A DNA stretch of 64,000 bases from Octopus vulgaris (GCA_951406725.2 OX597823.1:38874001-38938000), one strand, 5' to 3'; positions 1 to 13,974 are shown, counted from the first letter of the stretch. Notes: a model not told the origin generated them from the sequence alone. Made by a program: numbers and translations.

Positions 1-608
1 ATGTCAGAAATTATTTCATCAATTGCAGTTATTTAGCCCCAAGATATCTCTGACTTAGCAGCAGACTTGTAATCACAAGTACTCCAAACATGGCCATCAT
101 ATCTTTTACTGTATCTAATCCATGTGTACGGCATAATGGCCTGCTTGGGTAGCAGACTCAACCTATCACCTGGTTTTACACCCCCAGCTGGCACCTTGGG
201 TGCCATTAATTAAGTTCACTCTGTTGCAAGCTTTCATCCATCTCTTGTTTAAAGATGATACTTTCCAAACCTTCACTCTAGCCTAGAAATCCTTGTGAAG
301 GATCATGGGCTTTGCCTTTCCACTTAACTAAAAGAGTTTTTAAAAGATTGAGCAAGAAACAATGAATGTGAAATGGGTGCAGAGAGAAATGATTGGAATT
401 TTGGAATCATAGATTACAGGTATGAATCTCTAAAAATTTCATTGCATCTCTGAGTTGAACACCATATTCTATATTACTTCATTCCACATGGCTACTGACT
501 AAAATAGATACCAGATCACCATGAACTATTATTTGTAATTGACCAATGACCTATTCAGGGAAAAATTCATGTTACTTCATGTTGTGCCTAACACACATGT
601 AACCCTAG

Positions 609-833
609 TTAACCATTTTGTTACTCTATTTCTGCTGAAACATACCGCTTTCATTTCAATTAATTTTGAAAATAATGAATCCATAAAAATTAATTTGCCC
701 TTATTAAGCTGGTATTTGGAACATAAATTAACATAAAATTTCAAAGGAAGGTTTTAATTTAGATAAGTTTAAAACAAAATGTGTATCATAAAAATAAAGG
801 TAGTCTCAAGTGACTTCGTATCAAAAGGGTTAA
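609..833 (+). mobile_element. piggyBac-like MITE, copy 1
   Basis: TTAA at both ends; termini CCATTTTGTTAC ... GTATCAAAAGGG; internal ttattaagctggtatttggaacataaatta shared with 4 other copies. Confidence 0.7.
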
Positions 834-2004
834 AGAGCAACTCTCAGGGATATCTCAGGACTTTGCTGACATTTACATCAATAATCAAGAGGCAAGTATC
901 AGAGAGCATTCAATGAAACAAGATTACAACCCACTTAACAATTTTGGGGATATATCCAAAAATTTCCCTATGAAAATTATTTTGACATCACAACTTCTGT
1001 TTTGTCACCTCTAAAAGTATACAGGCTTGTTTATAGATAATGAAAAGGAGAAGATAATAATTAATACTGAATCTAAGTGTTAATGTGTAAACCCAAAACT
1101 TGCAGAACAAAGTGAGTTGGCTCCTCATTGCTGAGGTCAGTAATTTAACAGAAAAGAGCCACCATTATTGTACACTAGATGTATTCTTTTGAACTTGAAA
1201 GAAAATAACAAGCAATCTAAGACAAATGTAAATAAAATAGATATGCATTGTCTCCCTAACAATCAAATCCCCATCATTCTTTTCCTCATACCACCATCCA
1301 TTGATATTCTTTCTCTTTTCTCTTCTTTCCTTTTTCACCTGCCAATGTTTTTTATTTGTTTTTGTTATTTCTTTCTCTGACATGGTTTTATCTGCTCCTT
1401 TAACTAACAAGATCAAACATTTCTTAAATAAACAAACAATGGGGAAACAGCTGAGTGTTATAAACATGCCCTGGAGGGTCAAGAGAACACAATTATTTCC
1501 TTGTCTAATGAATCATAATAGAAAAGACAAAACAACAACTACAAAACCTACCCCTTAATAATCTGACAAAATTACACACCATTGTTACAGATGAATAAGT
1601 ATTGGAAATGAGGGGGTGGAACAACTGGGGGTAGATGGAGGTGGACAGTAGCAAAATATAATAACAGGAGAGTAGTGAATGATTGTCTAGAAATCTCAGA
1701 AGCCATTTCTCAACAATACTACAAATATTGATTGTTATTAATGCCACAATACTAAAATATAGAGTAAATAGCTTCATGAAGCACTGCCTTCCATACTCCT
1801 CACGTTTGAAGTAAAAATATTTAGCAGATCATTATTATTACATTTGTATTATCATCAAGAGAGTCATACATGAGTAGAGTACCCCTTCTGCATCACTAGA
1901 CATCTTGTGCTTAATTTAGAAATCATCATCATCACTAGTAGTAGTAGTAGTAGTAGTGATATTGGAATTGCTCTTGTTATTATTTCTGCTTCTTTACATT
2001 CCGA

Positions 2005-2590
2005 GTTCCAATCCCACCAAGCTTGCTACATTCTAAGTTCAAATTCCACTGAGGTCAACTTTGCTTTTCATCCATTCAGGGTCAATGGTATTGAATAACA
2101 TTAAAAATTTCTCATCTTGTACCTAAGTCAAAAACCATTATTATTATTATCACCATCATTACTATTACAGCACCAAGCTAGGAGAATTGTTAGCATGTTG
2201 GGCAAAATGCTTTGCAGTATTTCTTCTAGCTCTTAACATTCTGAGTTCAAATTCTGCCAAGGTCAACTTTACCTTTCACCATTTCAGGGTTGATGAAATA
2301 AGTACCAGTTACACACTGGGGTCAATATAATGAACTAAGATTTCAGTCCTAGTGGCTAAAGTAGAAAGAATTCTGCTTCTTATTATTATCTATTTAATCA
2401 ACTCTGAAAAGATAAAAGGCAAAGTTGACCGCATCAGAATTTCTCATCTTTTACCTAAGTTTAAAACCATTAATATTATTATCATCATCATCATTTCTAT
2501 TAAGGCACTAAGCTGAGGTCAATGTAATCAATTAACTGTCCCCGTACTCCTGAAAAATTTCAGGCCTTGTGGCTATAATAGAAAGAATTA
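2005..2590 (+). mobile_element. cluster of degenerate family-A tRNA-derived SINE fragments
   Basis: Repeated ttctgagttcaaattc...ggtcaacttt.cctttcatcc...aagtaccagt motifs separated by (ATT/ATC)n; one short inverted fragment at ~2390-2445. Confidence 0.75.
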
Positions 2591-2684
2591 TCATGATTAT
2601 CATTATTACTATTATTATTCTTAACTAGAAACTGTTAGAGCATCAGATAAAATGCCTTGAAGTATTTATGTGAGTGTACACAGA

Positions 2685-2687
<3 letters not shown>

Positions 2688-2734
<47 letters not shown>

Positions 2735-2879
2735 CACACACAAATACACATAGATAGATAGATATACATGTACACACACAAATGCGTGTGTGCATATACA
2801 TACATATATAAATATTTATATATATAAATACTTATATATATAAATACTTATATATATATATATATATTTATGTAAATAC

Positions 2880-2917
<38 letters not shown>
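2688..2917. repeat. (GT)n and degenerate (TA)n microsatellites
   Basis: Directly visible. Confidence 0.95.
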
Positions 2918-2921
<4 letters not shown>

Positions 2922-2989
2922 AAGGAGGTATGCACATGTTGCATGAATAATATAAATTTCTGTGAAAGACACAGTACTGGTTGTGAGAA

Positions 2990-3307
2990 CAAGTGAGTGT
3001 GGATGTAGTTAACATGATGTATCCAAGAGATACAACATCACTCACTGGTATGGACATGTGATGTAAGTGAGAGATGAGTGCCATTGTTGGAAAAGTAGTA
3101 ATGGTGGTGGTGGAGTAGCTACAAAAGAAAGAAATTGAGGAAGGAGGTGTGGGAAGAAGTAATGAGGTCATATCTCAGGATGGTAGATCTTGTAGATGAG
3201 ATAAAACCACCAAGATGGGTGGTGATAGGCTGTACAGCAAAATTTATCTAACCTATGCCAGCATGGCAACAAAAAAAACAAACATTACAATGTCAATGAT
3301 GATGATA
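2990..3307 (+). mobile_element. decayed RTE LINE 3' end
   Basis: Translates with stops and frameshifts as HWYGHVM*...VWEEVMRSYLRMVDL...W**AV, matching the RTE C-terminus; ends aacctatgccagcatgg...(GAT)n like the young RTE at 34185. Confidence 0.65.
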
Positions 3308-3324
3308 CATATATAACTCTGTGT

Positions 3325-3361
<37 letters not shown>

Positions 3362-3603
3362 TGTGTGTGTGTGTGTGTGTGTGTTGCTAAATCATAAGAA
3401 TGTTCTTTCTAAATTTTTGAGAGAACATCAAATAATTCTTTTTTAGAACAGTGGATCTTGAAGTAAATATGTACATGCTATTATTTATAGCATGTAAACA
3501 TTGGGTTGGAAAACCCTTTTCTTGATAAGAAAAACGTCAAAGGCTTCTATTTATAGCTTTATGTGCTTCAAGATCCACTGCTACAAAAAAGAATTTTATA
3601 AAT

Positions 3604-3652
<49 letters not shown>

Positions 3653-3944
3653 CATGCACACTCATACAAAAGCATACATTCTTATTCAAACAGTCATTGC
3701 TACATATATAAAATTATCCTGTAGTATTAAACATCATCAGTATTTGATGTTAATACACGACCATATTGACATCAGTTCCATGCGTCTTGGATCCAATATC
3801 ACCCTATACATACAACCAGCACACCATCATCATCATCACTAACTGTTGACCAGTTTCAAGACTGGCCATTCCACTGACTGCTCAACCCAACTAGTTAAGG
3901 TAGAGCAGTGCCTGTTACAATTACTTAATAACAATAGTAATTTC

Positions 3945-4170
3945 TATTTCTATCTTTGGCACAAAGCCAGGAATGAATGGAGAGAGAGGGGGAGGGGGAG
4001 AGGGAGGGAGAGAAAGAGAGTATCGTCTATTGAATTAAGCCCCTGCTGTGTATTTTATTGAACCCAGAGGAATGAAAGACAAAGTCAATGCCAGCATGAT
4101 TTGAACTCAGAACACAAAGAAAGATAGCAAAATTGTATTAAACAGTCTAGTGCTCTACTATTACTGTTAC
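3945..4170 (-). mobile_element. family-A SINE, degenerate
   Basis: atgaaagacaaagtcaa...atttgaactcagaac is the reverse complement of the family-A core. Confidence 0.65.
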
Positions 4171-4877
4171 TTCATAATTAATAAAGTTAATGGAGATACT
4201 AGCCATGATGACTTCTTTTGTTAGTCCCAAGAGCAAGAAATGAGAGGGGTCACTACAAACATAAATTACAAAAACAGTGGAGGAATGGGGTTCAAAGAAC
4301 TAATTCTGAAAAAAACAGACAAGGAACACAACACAATGTGAAGAGAATGAAATGAACCCTACCAATATGAGAAGCGGGGACAACCACCTAGGGCCAATGA
4401 GGGAAACCCACAAAACCAAAATTACATTAACTCACTTGAGCATATGCCCCCCCACCACCTAAATCTGTTTTCCAGCCTCCACACAGCTTGTATGTATAAG
4501 GTGATGTTGCAACTTTTATTAAACTACTTGGAATTTGCTGAATAGAAAAGGAAATTTAGAAGAATGTGCAGACCCTATAATCTAGGGATACAAAATCAAT
4601 GAAAACAAACAAAAGAACTTTCCCTACAAAAGCATATGAAACATTTTTTGTTAAGTTTGCTTCATACACCAGCTTAATCATTGGAAAATTCTAGCAGAAA
4701 GTCAACAAGTTTAAGGGGATGGGATAAGTCGATAGCAGCAATCTCAGTGCTCAGATGGTACTTAGAGCTGGAGGAAATGTTGCTAAGCATTTTGTCTGAT
4801 GCTCTAATGATTATGCCAGTTCACCACTATGAGTGATGATAATAATAATTGCTTTTAATATAGGTGCAAAGCTCAGG

Positions 4878-5090
4878 GAGGTGAGCTGGCAGAAATGTTA
4901 GCATGCCAGGCAAAATGCTTAATGGTATTTTGTTCATCTTTACATTCTGGGTTCAAATGCTACCAGAGTCAACTTTGCCTTCCATCCTTTCAGGATCTAT
5001 AAAATAAGTACCAGTTGAGCACTGGGGTTGATTTAATTGACTTAGTCACTCCCCTGAAATTGTGGTCCTTGTGCCAAAATTTGAAACCAA
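4878..5090 (+). mobile_element. family-A tRNA-derived SINE
   Basis: gagctggcagaaatgttagca head, gggttcaaat B-box, actttgccttccatcc..aagtaccagttgagcactgggg core. Confidence 0.85.
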
Positions 5091-5094
5091 TACA

Positions 5095-5490
5095 AGTACA
5101 AGGTTTGAAATTTTGAGGGGAGGGGCTTAGTTGATATCATCAATCCCACTACCTGACTGGTATATTATTCTATTGATCCCATAAGAGTGGAAGGTAAAAC
5201 TGATCTCAGTAGCATTTGAACTCACAATGTAAAGAACCAGAAGAAATGCTGCTAAACATTTTATCTGATGTGCTAATGATTCTGCCAGTTCAGTAATAAT
5301 AATGGTTTCAAATTTTGGCACAAGGCCAACAATTTTAAGAGAAGGTGGGTGTGCTAGTTGATTTCCTTGCTCCCAGTACTTAACCGGTCATTTATTATAT
5401 CAACCTGAAAGGATAAATGACCGCTGCAGGATTTTGAATATAGGGCATTTTTACCAATGCTCTAATAATTCTGTCAGTGTACCACTCTTA
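5095..5490 (-). mobile_element. two family-A SINE copies in tandem
   Basis: Reverse complement of the family-A core and tail, present twice. Confidence 0.7.
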
Positions 5491-5624
5491 TGCTGTTGAT
5501 AATGGGTAGTAAAGAAATGAATATTTGACAATGGTATTATGCTACATATTTCAAGGGACGAGTATATCTAATTGAACTGATCCTCGGACAAGCCTTTCAT
5601 TACATCTCTGCCAACAATAACAAG

Positions 5625-5815
5625 AATGAGCCAATGAAAGAGCTCACTGGTGATCCTTAGTGATCTCTTAACCTTTTAGATATAGCAACCAAATCACATC
5701 CCATTGTTTTATATACAGAAAAGACACTTTAGATAATGAAGTTTTAGATGTCCTTAAAAAGACAAAATAGTCACCTCTGAAATACCTTTGATGGTAGGTC
5801 TGCTAGACAGATAAC
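5625..5815 (-). repeat. old ~200-bp dispersed repeat (family F, unclassified)
   Basis: Similar to the copies at 10319, 12908, 16218, 16452, 18998 and 53378. Confidence 0.55.
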
Positions 5816-5869
5816 TATGATGGTGTTAAGACTGCAACAGCATTGTTATACATCTAAAATATTTTCATT

Positions 5870-6243
5870 ATCATTTGAATGTCCAGTTTTCCATTTTTGC
5901 ATGGGTCAGATGGAATTTGTTGAGGCAAATTTTCTCAAAAAAGATACCATTCTTATTTGTTTCCAAGTAAGTAAATATTTTCCCATAACCAGACATGCCT
6001 TGAAAGATTGGAAATGAAAGACACTGCTTGCATGATGAGGACTCTTGTTGACAACCATTACACAAAGTCAAGAAGACAGCAACACACACACACACATAGT
6101 TTCTGTTTATCAAAATCCATTCATAAGGTTTTGGTTGGCCTGAGGCTATAACAGAAGATACTTTCCCAAGGTGCCATGCAGTAGGACTGAACTTGAAACC
6201 TTGTGACTGGGAAGGAAATTTCTTGCCACACACCATACCTGCA
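5870..6243 (-). mobile_element. composite SINE: family-B head, (CA)n spacer, RTE-like tail
   Basis: Head ggttcagtcc...caccttggg..ag (reverse complement), CA spacer, tail ending aaatggaaaactggacattcaaatgat. Confidence 0.75.
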
Positions 6244-9102
6244 ATGGGTTTATCAAAATTATTAGCAATAATATTTAAGAGAATGTTTGTTTCTAAACTG
6301 TTCGTAGAAATCTAAGATATTTCATAAAAACACCACAGAATTTATGTCACATGCAGAAATACTTGTGTAGTTCACTCATCTGGTAGCTCTGCTCTTATTT
6401 TAATGTTATTTAAACATTTGGGATGTAAATCAAACAGTTGCTTTTAATTATTATATTTCTTTTTCCTTTTTTTTTTCTCTGGTGGAAATAGTTTTCTTTG
6501 AGTGAATAAATAATGTAAAGGTCTTGGTGTTCTGGCTGGAGGAGTAAGATTTATTGGAAATATGATGTGTAATGGATGGTCTGTGAATATGTATGTCTAT
6601 GCTGTTTTTCTTGCTTAGGTAACTATTTTTCTTGGCTTTTATTCAGTATTAAAAGAATCTCTCCACCCACAGTTGTAGAGAAGGAAAAATAAAATGTTAT
6701 AGCTAAAAACAATAATGACTGTAAGAAAGAAATAGAAATAACAAATAAAAAATAAGGCAATTTCATAAAAGAAAGAAAACACAAAAACAATAAAAATACT
6801 GATATCTGGTTTATGATAAAGTATCTTGTGAGTAAAATAATTTGGATGGAGCAGTAGCAGCAGTAGTAGTAGTAGTAGTAGTAGTCGTGCTGGTAATGAT
6901 ACAACAGGTCAAAAAGTTAGGTAGTTAGGGAGTGTGTAGAAATTATCCAGGTGGATAACTGCAGAATTACTTTTGGAAATTTGTAATGAAAGAAAGGAGG
7001 ACAGAAAGTATGGAATGAAAGATGGTATGTAGGTGGTGAGTGGAATAGGTACAGGGCTGGGAGATTCAGTTAAAAGGAGAAATGGAGAGGAAAGAAAGAA
7101 AAAAAAAAGGTAATATAAGGAATGTCCAGTCTTATAATCTTGGAATATAAATAAAATAAAATAAAGAAAAACAAGCAAAAAAAAATAGGGAAATTTATGT
7201 TTTGGAATGATTCAGAATGGAGTCATTACAGACTCATTGGCAGGAAACTTATTAAAGGTGAAACAGGCAATTAAGTAAGATATGAGGGTTAGTTGGTTTA
7301 ATGATCAACCTAGCACCAACCACTACATACACAGGTCATATACTGGCTACAACAAATATATATATCGCACAACAAACAGCAACACAACAGATGTCTTGCT
7401 CATCACACATACTCAAAGACTACAAGACATACATGTACACACATATGTGCACAACATACAAAATCCCCATCAACACACACACACATACATATATACCATT
7501 AGACACTATACAACACCATCTAAAAAGCCAAGTCCCTCTCCCCTCACTAAACATATTCTGTCTTACTCTCTCTCACACACACACACACACTCATCATTAG
7601 ACACTATACAATGTTCATAATCTACAACAAACAGAGCATACACAACCCAATGATGTAAACCTGACATTTACTTCTCAGGCAGAAAACTAGGAATCAGAGT
7701 TCAGTATATTATTGTAAAAGAAACACTTTTTTTTTAGACATTTTGATAGGGACTAGGGATATGGGTTGTGTTGTTGATAATGTGGGCAGGCATGCATGAG
7801 GGTGGGGGATGATAGATATGGTAGAGTGGTTGATGATGGTCGAGGTGATGCTTGGGCGGGGTTGGGTGTTATTAATTGTGAAAGTGCAAAAGAAGATGAT
7901 AATGGGGTAAGGAATGTGTGATGGGTTAATAGCAAAGGTAATGATGTGGGGGCTACTGTTGATAGTTAATGTGGAGATGTTACTGATAAAAGTGTTGAGG
8001 TGGGATGGTTGGTAAGTGGTGGTGGAAGTGGCAGTAGTTATGTGGAAGGAGTTGTTGGGGGGAAGGATCTTTAATAAACAGCCATGGGGATATTGATAAG
8101 AAGAGAGTAAGGTCATGATGAGATTGTTGGTAATGTAAGGATTAGTATCAGAGATCTAAGAAATTATTGACAGAAGCAGTGGGTATGTGATGGACATTAA
8201 TGGAAAAATATACAGTTTTATTGGGAAATATGGATATCAAAAATGGAGCAGAATTGAAATTCTTAATCAAATCTAATGCCCAATTGCACACAAAAATTGA
8301 CCAGTGATGATGATGATGATGATGATGATGACAGTGGTGGTAGTGGTGCAGAAAATGGTAATGATCAAAATATCACTTGGCAGACATTCATAACCTTCAA
8401 GAACAGGCAAGAAAAATTTACTTTCTCTTCCTGAACATTTGTCAAATCCCCAACCCTTCAAAACAAAAAAAAAACAAAAAAAAAATTGCCACAATAATCA
8501 ATATTCAAGAATGCATAACTAAAACCACCAGGCTTCAACATATCTGATGCCTTCTCATAGAGACCACACACATACCACTGTAAATTAAAGGACTAATGAA
8601 CTAGTTATGTATATTACAATTAATATATTTTATAAAATGTTTGATTTTATAGGATTATAAAAAATACAGTAAATGAATCATTAATCAGTTTCAATAATAA
8701 GTGATCCAGTTGTTTGATCAATAACATATCAATCTGCTCATTATATTAGAATATAAGTGGCTGAATATTCCACAGACAAGTGTAGCTGTAACATAATTCT
8801 CAAGTAGAATCCAAGCAGTGCAGAGCTAACAAGACTAGCCCTTTTAATTACAGCAACAATTCACCCACCGACAGGCTTCCACAGTCTGTCCATCCAATTT
8901 CAAATCACAAGACTTGGTTTGGCATGAGTTTATGGTAGAAGATATTTACCCAAACTGCTGTTGCACAAAGGGATCAAACCCTCAACACTCCATAATTACA
9001 AAGTGAACCTTTTAACCAGTCATACCTGGGCCATAGCTGTACCACAAACATGACACAGACTACACCCTAAATAAAACATCACATTAAATGTATAATTACA
9101 TT

Positions 9103-9312
9103 GGTCTCAAATTATTGGCACAAGGCCAGCAATTTGGAGGAAAGGAGTAAGTCAATTACATTGACCCCAGTGCCCAAGTGGTACTTAATTTATCAACCCC
9201 AAAGGGATGAAAGGTAAAGTCAATCTTGGCAGAATTTCAATTTGGAACATAAAGATGGATGATATACCACTAAGCATTCTGCTTGGCATGCTAACAATTC
9301 TGCTAGCTTGCA
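9103..9312 (-). mobile_element. family-A SINE
   Basis: gaccccagtg..gtactt..gatgaaaggtaaagtcaa..gcatgctaacaattctgctagct. Confidence 0.8.
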
Positions 9313-9333
9313 GCTTTAAAATGTATTATTACA

Positions 9334-9547
9334 TTAAATCCTTTTGTTACCATATTTCCAGTGAAATATGCTACCAATGTTTCAGTTAATTTTTAAAAAA
9401 TAAGGAACAATTTTAATAAAAAATTTGTCATTATTAAGCTGGTATTTGGAACATAAATTACCATGAAATGTTGATGAAAACTTCGAAACAGGAAATTTAT
9501 AACATAGAATCAGGAACTCTCCAACAGTGTAGTATCAAAAGGATTAA
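9334..9547 (+). mobile_element. piggyBac-like MITE, copy 2
   Basis: TTAA-atccttttgttacc ... gtatcaaaagga-TTAA. Confidence 0.7.
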
Positions 9548-9959
9548 ATGTATTATTACATTAAAATATATTATTACAGTTAACACAGCACACATGCAAG
9601 ATTTATTAAACCATGCTGAAGCTTAATTACTAGTTAATTCTTACTGAAGACTTTTCTATGGGGAATCAAAGAATTCAACATTAGAATGGTAAAAACTTTC
9701 ATGGGGTTCAATTCCAACAATCTTTGATTTTCAGTTTAACAAAAATGAATTGAATTCTTCTTACTGAATGTTTGGAAATGTTTCAAAATCAATTTTTATC
9801 TAAACTTATAGTTCTCACAATACTAACTAGTTTGTTTTTTTCCAATAGCCATAAAAGAAAATCAGGCAATTAGTTTGTTTTTGATATGAAGCACTGCTTG
9901 AAGCAACATTGTATCTCACAAACTAAAATGTAGACATCTAAGTACCTTGTTTCTCCAAC

Positions 9960-10272
9960 TATCAGTGGTTAGAGCATTGGGCTCATAATCATGAGATAGT
10001 GAGTTCAATGTGTTTTTTGAGCAAGTCACTTTATTTCACATTCCTCCAGTTCACTCAGCTGTAGAAATAAGTTGTAATATCACTGGTACCAATCTATATC
10101 ACCCTTTTCCTTACCCTTAGATAACATTGGTGGCATGGAGATGGGGAGGCTGGTATGCATGGCCAACTGCTGGTCTTCCATAAACAGCCTTACCCAGACT
10201 TGTACCTTGGAGGGTAACTTTCTAGGTGCAATCCCATGGTCATTTATGACCAAAGGGGGTCTTTACCCTTTA
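9960..10272 (+). mobile_element. tRNA-derived SINE with CORE-like central domain (distinct family)
   Basis: A-box cagtggttagagca, B-box gagttcaa, then ttgagcaagtcactttatttcac..ctccagttcactcagctgtagaaat. Confidence 0.7.
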
Positions 10273-10318
10273 TACTCCTAACAATTTCATGATAATAGCT
10301 TTTGAGTTTGAGTTTAGG

Positions 10319-10512
10319 TTGTTGTTGTTTAACCCTACATCAACACTGATTGAAATGATTAATGATCACAGACATTCTGACTATGACAATTCCAGTGTTT
10401 AGGCCTGCATTGTCAAATGTACTTTTGCCTTCTTTATGGTGCGATTTAAAGGAAATTTAACTGTTGTTTCTAGCAGGTTGAGTGACCATGTAGAGGATTC
10501 TTTGTTGTCTCA
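10319..10512 (+). repeat. family-F dispersed repeat
   Basis: ttgttgtttaaccc...ctatgac...tttctagcaggttgagtgaccatgtagagg. Confidence 0.6.
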
Positions 10513-10569
10513 TTAGGTTAAAATGAGGTCAAAAAATATATCTGTTACATTGTTGTTGTATGTTGGCTG

Positions 10570-11110
10570 GTATCAGAAGTCTGAGAGGAGTGGACCTCCA
10601 GGTAAAAACAGTCACTAATCTTCCAGCTTTTATATTCTAAAAGTAGTCGGGAGAAGAAGAATAGCAGGCCCCAACAATGCTGGCCAATGATGTAGCTGGC
10701 ATTCAGCTTAAAGATTTATAAGTTGATGTCTTCCTGCAAAATGTAGGAGAGCAGGATTCCAGAGGAATTTTAGTTCAAGGGAGGAAGGACTAAGAGAAAT
10801 GTTTCGTGTGAGGTCAGGACCATGGGGAACAGTAAGGATAACAGGAGAATGTGTGGCTCAGGTGCACAGCTAGATAGTTAGTTCAGAAGATTGGCTATCA
10901 TCATAGTAGTGATAAAATGAAATGAGTGAGGAAAATGTTCACCAGAGGGAAAAGAGACATTGTAGGTTAGAAATACATCTAGATAGTAAATTCATAAGGC
11001 TGGAGGCTGTTGTAGTAGCAACAGAAGAGGCAGAGAGAAGAAATCATACACTTTTCAAGTCAGTAGTTGAACTACATTGATGAATAAATCATAGCCTTAT
11101 TGTCAGACAG
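10570..11110 (-). mobile_element. decayed CR1/L2-group LINE 3' fragment
   Basis: Minus-strand remnants SSLCLFCCYYN, SFLP..LWN and INL*IFK. Confidence 0.5.
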
Positions 11111-11349
11111 TGAAATGACTTATCTTTGGATGTCATCTAGAATGTATGAGTGCGTGTGTATGTAGCAGTACTATTATTTCATATCTATGAGAGCAGTACG
11201 GTAATATGGGGGGGAGAAGGGGATGTATTTGAGCTTTAGAGGTAAAATATGGGGGGTTGCTAACAACAACTGCATCTTGTAAAACAATTTCATAATATAT
11301 AAATGACAGAAAATTTATCCCAATACTACAACAGAAGCAAAGAGACTTT

Positions 11350-11830
11350 CTTCTTTACTTGCTGAGTCAAGAGGATGAGTCCAAGACTTTTGCAAGACTC
11401 CAAGAACAGAGAGGTTAATGTTCTGTAACTGTTACTGGAAAGACATTAGCAGGTAGGAGATTCCAGAGATTATGAGAAGGAAGGCCTGAACATAGCAGTT
11501 AATGTAAAGCTTGGGAGATAGATGTAATAAACATGATGAGAGAAGGAGATATAAGTGGATTAGAGGTGTTTGAGTGCAAGAGGTAAGAGTCTGACCAGCT
11601 CAGAGGAACAAAGTGGAGGAAGCAACATGGCTGAGGACCAGAGGCCAGAGTGTGTCAGTTCATCATTAAATGAATGCAAGAATGTGGTCTAGGATGTCTG
11701 TGTGCATAGCAGCAGTACTATCCTAGATGAGGGAGAGGAGGAGAAGTACTCTGCTGTTGGCCTCAATGGAGCTTTTCAGAATGACAGCAATTGTTGGGGG
11801 GATGAAATATTTTCTGGCCCTGAAGAGATT
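11350..11830 (-). mobile_element. decayed CR1/L2-group LINE RT C-terminal fragment
   Basis: Minus-strand remnants LFRARKYF..., CSSELVRLLP and LWNLLPANVFP, with stops and frameshifts. Confidence 0.65.
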
Positions 11831-12249
11831 GAATAATTTCTCTCCTTCTTTTATTGTATTAAACATAACGAGGATTTTAATATTCAACTTTCTAAAACAT
11901 GTGACAAAAGTATTAGTTTATCAATCTCAAATCCTGAAATGTAATTAATTACATTGTATTTTTTTACATATGTACTTGTTTTGAACTCTGATATACCAAC
12001 TCATGGTACCTTTCCCAGTCAGCACATGGGTACATGAATAAAGGCAATGGTATGTTGCTAACTTGTCAGCAGTAATTGTTGACCACTAAGTTTTCAAAGT
12101 GATCTCTCTCAGAGTATGTGCGGTCTGAGTAACTGAACCATGTGTTAGGCAACATCCTGTTTTGTTGATCTTAGTTCTGAGTTCAGATCTAACACAAGTC
12201 GACTACATCCTTCACCTGTAATATACTGACATTGAAATTATTGACTCTT

Positions 12250-12657
12250 TTATCTTTTACCTGTTTCAGTCGTTAGATAGTGGCCATGATGTGGCACCAC
12301 TTTGAGTTTTAATTGAACAAATTGCCCTCAGTAGTTATGTTTTTATGTATTTTTTTTAAAGTTTGATACTTATTCTACTGGACTCTTTCATCGAACTGCT
12401 AAATTATAGGTACATAAACAAATCAACACCAGTTGTCAAGGGGTAGTGAAGTGACAAACACAAAGATGTGCACACACACAAACACATATATGATGGAATT
12501 TCACACAGTTTCCATCTAACATTTTAATTCACAAGGCATTAGTCAACCAGGGGGTTATAGCAGAAGACACTAACCCAAGGTGTGTTGTACTGTAGAGTTG
12601 AACCCAAAACTATGGTGTTGTAAAGTGAGCTTCTTAACCACACAGCCATGTCTGCAC
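12250..12657 (-). mobile_element. family-B SINE (CORE-like) with long tail T1
   Basis: Reverse complement of catggctgtgtggttaagaagctc head, CA spacer, tail ending ctgaaacaggtaaaaga. Confidence 0.75.
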
Positions 12658-12907
12658 TAACTTTATACATTTCCTTAATAAAAATTGATGTTGTTCCTAA
12701 AAACAGAAATCAATATTACAGTTGGTGAAAACAGTTTCATCAGACAATGTTAATTGATCAATAAGTAATGATGTTTTGAATTTAGATGTGAAATCTAGGA
12801 TCATTCCTCCTTTTTATTTTTGAAGATAACAAATACAAGTGAAGACCAAATAGCCAGTTTACTGACCCTCCCTCCATCCTTTCTCTCTACATTTTGTTGA
12901 CTGGGCC

Positions 12908-13100
12908 TACAAGGGAGCATTTATGTGTACATTCATCCTGCTAGACAGCAGTAAATCTCTTTCAAATCATACACTACTTTCTTTTTTTTAAAAAAAACAA
13001 TAGATAATGTAGTCTCTAGACACTCCTAAATAGAAGAGATGGTCACAGTTGCAAAGGCCTGGTTCAGCAATGAGTTGCTAACCTGGAGTTAAACAACAAT
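12908..13100 (-). repeat. family-F dispersed repeat
   Basis: cctgctagacagcag...caaatcatacac...gatggtcacag...aaacaacaa. Confidence 0.55.
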
Positions 13101-13195
13101 ATACTGTTGATATTTGAACAAAATTTGAAGAGATCAATTGACTAATATATGACATTAAAATATTAATAAATTCTTTGAGTGGGAAAAATTTCAAA

Positions 13196-13197
<2 letters not shown>

Positions 13198-13286
<89 letters not shown>
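13198..13286. repeat. compound (ATT)n-(AGT)n microsatellite
   Basis: Directly visible. Confidence 0.95.
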
Positions 13287-13289
13287 TTC

Positions 13290-13710
13290 AGTTAAATGTC
13301 TTCTATGCTGGTATAGGCTGGATGGTTTGACAGGACCTAACAAGTCAGAGGAGTATGTTGACCTCCAGCATCTGCTTTGATATGGTTTCTACAGCTGGAT
13401 GCACTTCCTAATGTCATCCACTTCACAAAATGTATTGTGTACGTTTTAACATAATACTGGCACTAATGAGGTCACCAAGCAATTTACAAGACAAAGGAAA
13501 AGACCCCTCATCTAAGCGGCATTGTAGCAGAGAGGGAAGTGGGTCTATGTGAGGTGTTGAAAGCCTAAAATATGATAGAGGGACAGGCACAGGTATCTTG
13601 TTATAGAGGAGATACATGCTACCCACATGATACAAGGGTGGGTGAGAGTAAGTAGAAAGAAGACAAAGCTGGTGGTGACAAGGTGTGAGAGTGTACTCTC
13701 AAGAGACAAA
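13290..13710 (-). mobile_element. old RTE-type 3' UTR fragment
   Basis: gctggatgcacttccta tail motif; homologous to 41990-42340. Confidence 0.5.
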
Positions 13711-13729
13711 CTATTATTATTATTATTAT

Positions 13730-13950
13730 TAAGGTGGTGAGTGGGTGGAATCTCCACTGGGCCAGACAAAATGCTTAGCAGCTTTTTTATCAATTTTATG
13801 TTTTGAGTTCAAATACTCCAGAATTGACTTTGCCTTTCATCCATTTGCGGTAAAAAAAATAATAAGTGCCAATTCAACACTGGGGTCGATGTAAATGAAT
13901 TACCCTCTCCCAGAAAAATGTTGACGTTATTCCAAAATTTGAAACCATTA
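13730..13950 (+). mobile_element. family-A SINE
   Basis: gagttcaaat..gactttgcctttcatcc..cactggggtcgatgtaa. Confidence 0.8.
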
Positions 13951-13974
13951 TTACTATTATTATTATTATAAACT

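Noticed and set aside
7709-8116. 135-aa S/T/I/H-rich minus-strand ORF
   Set aside because: Compositional artefact of a G/T-skewed low-complexity block.
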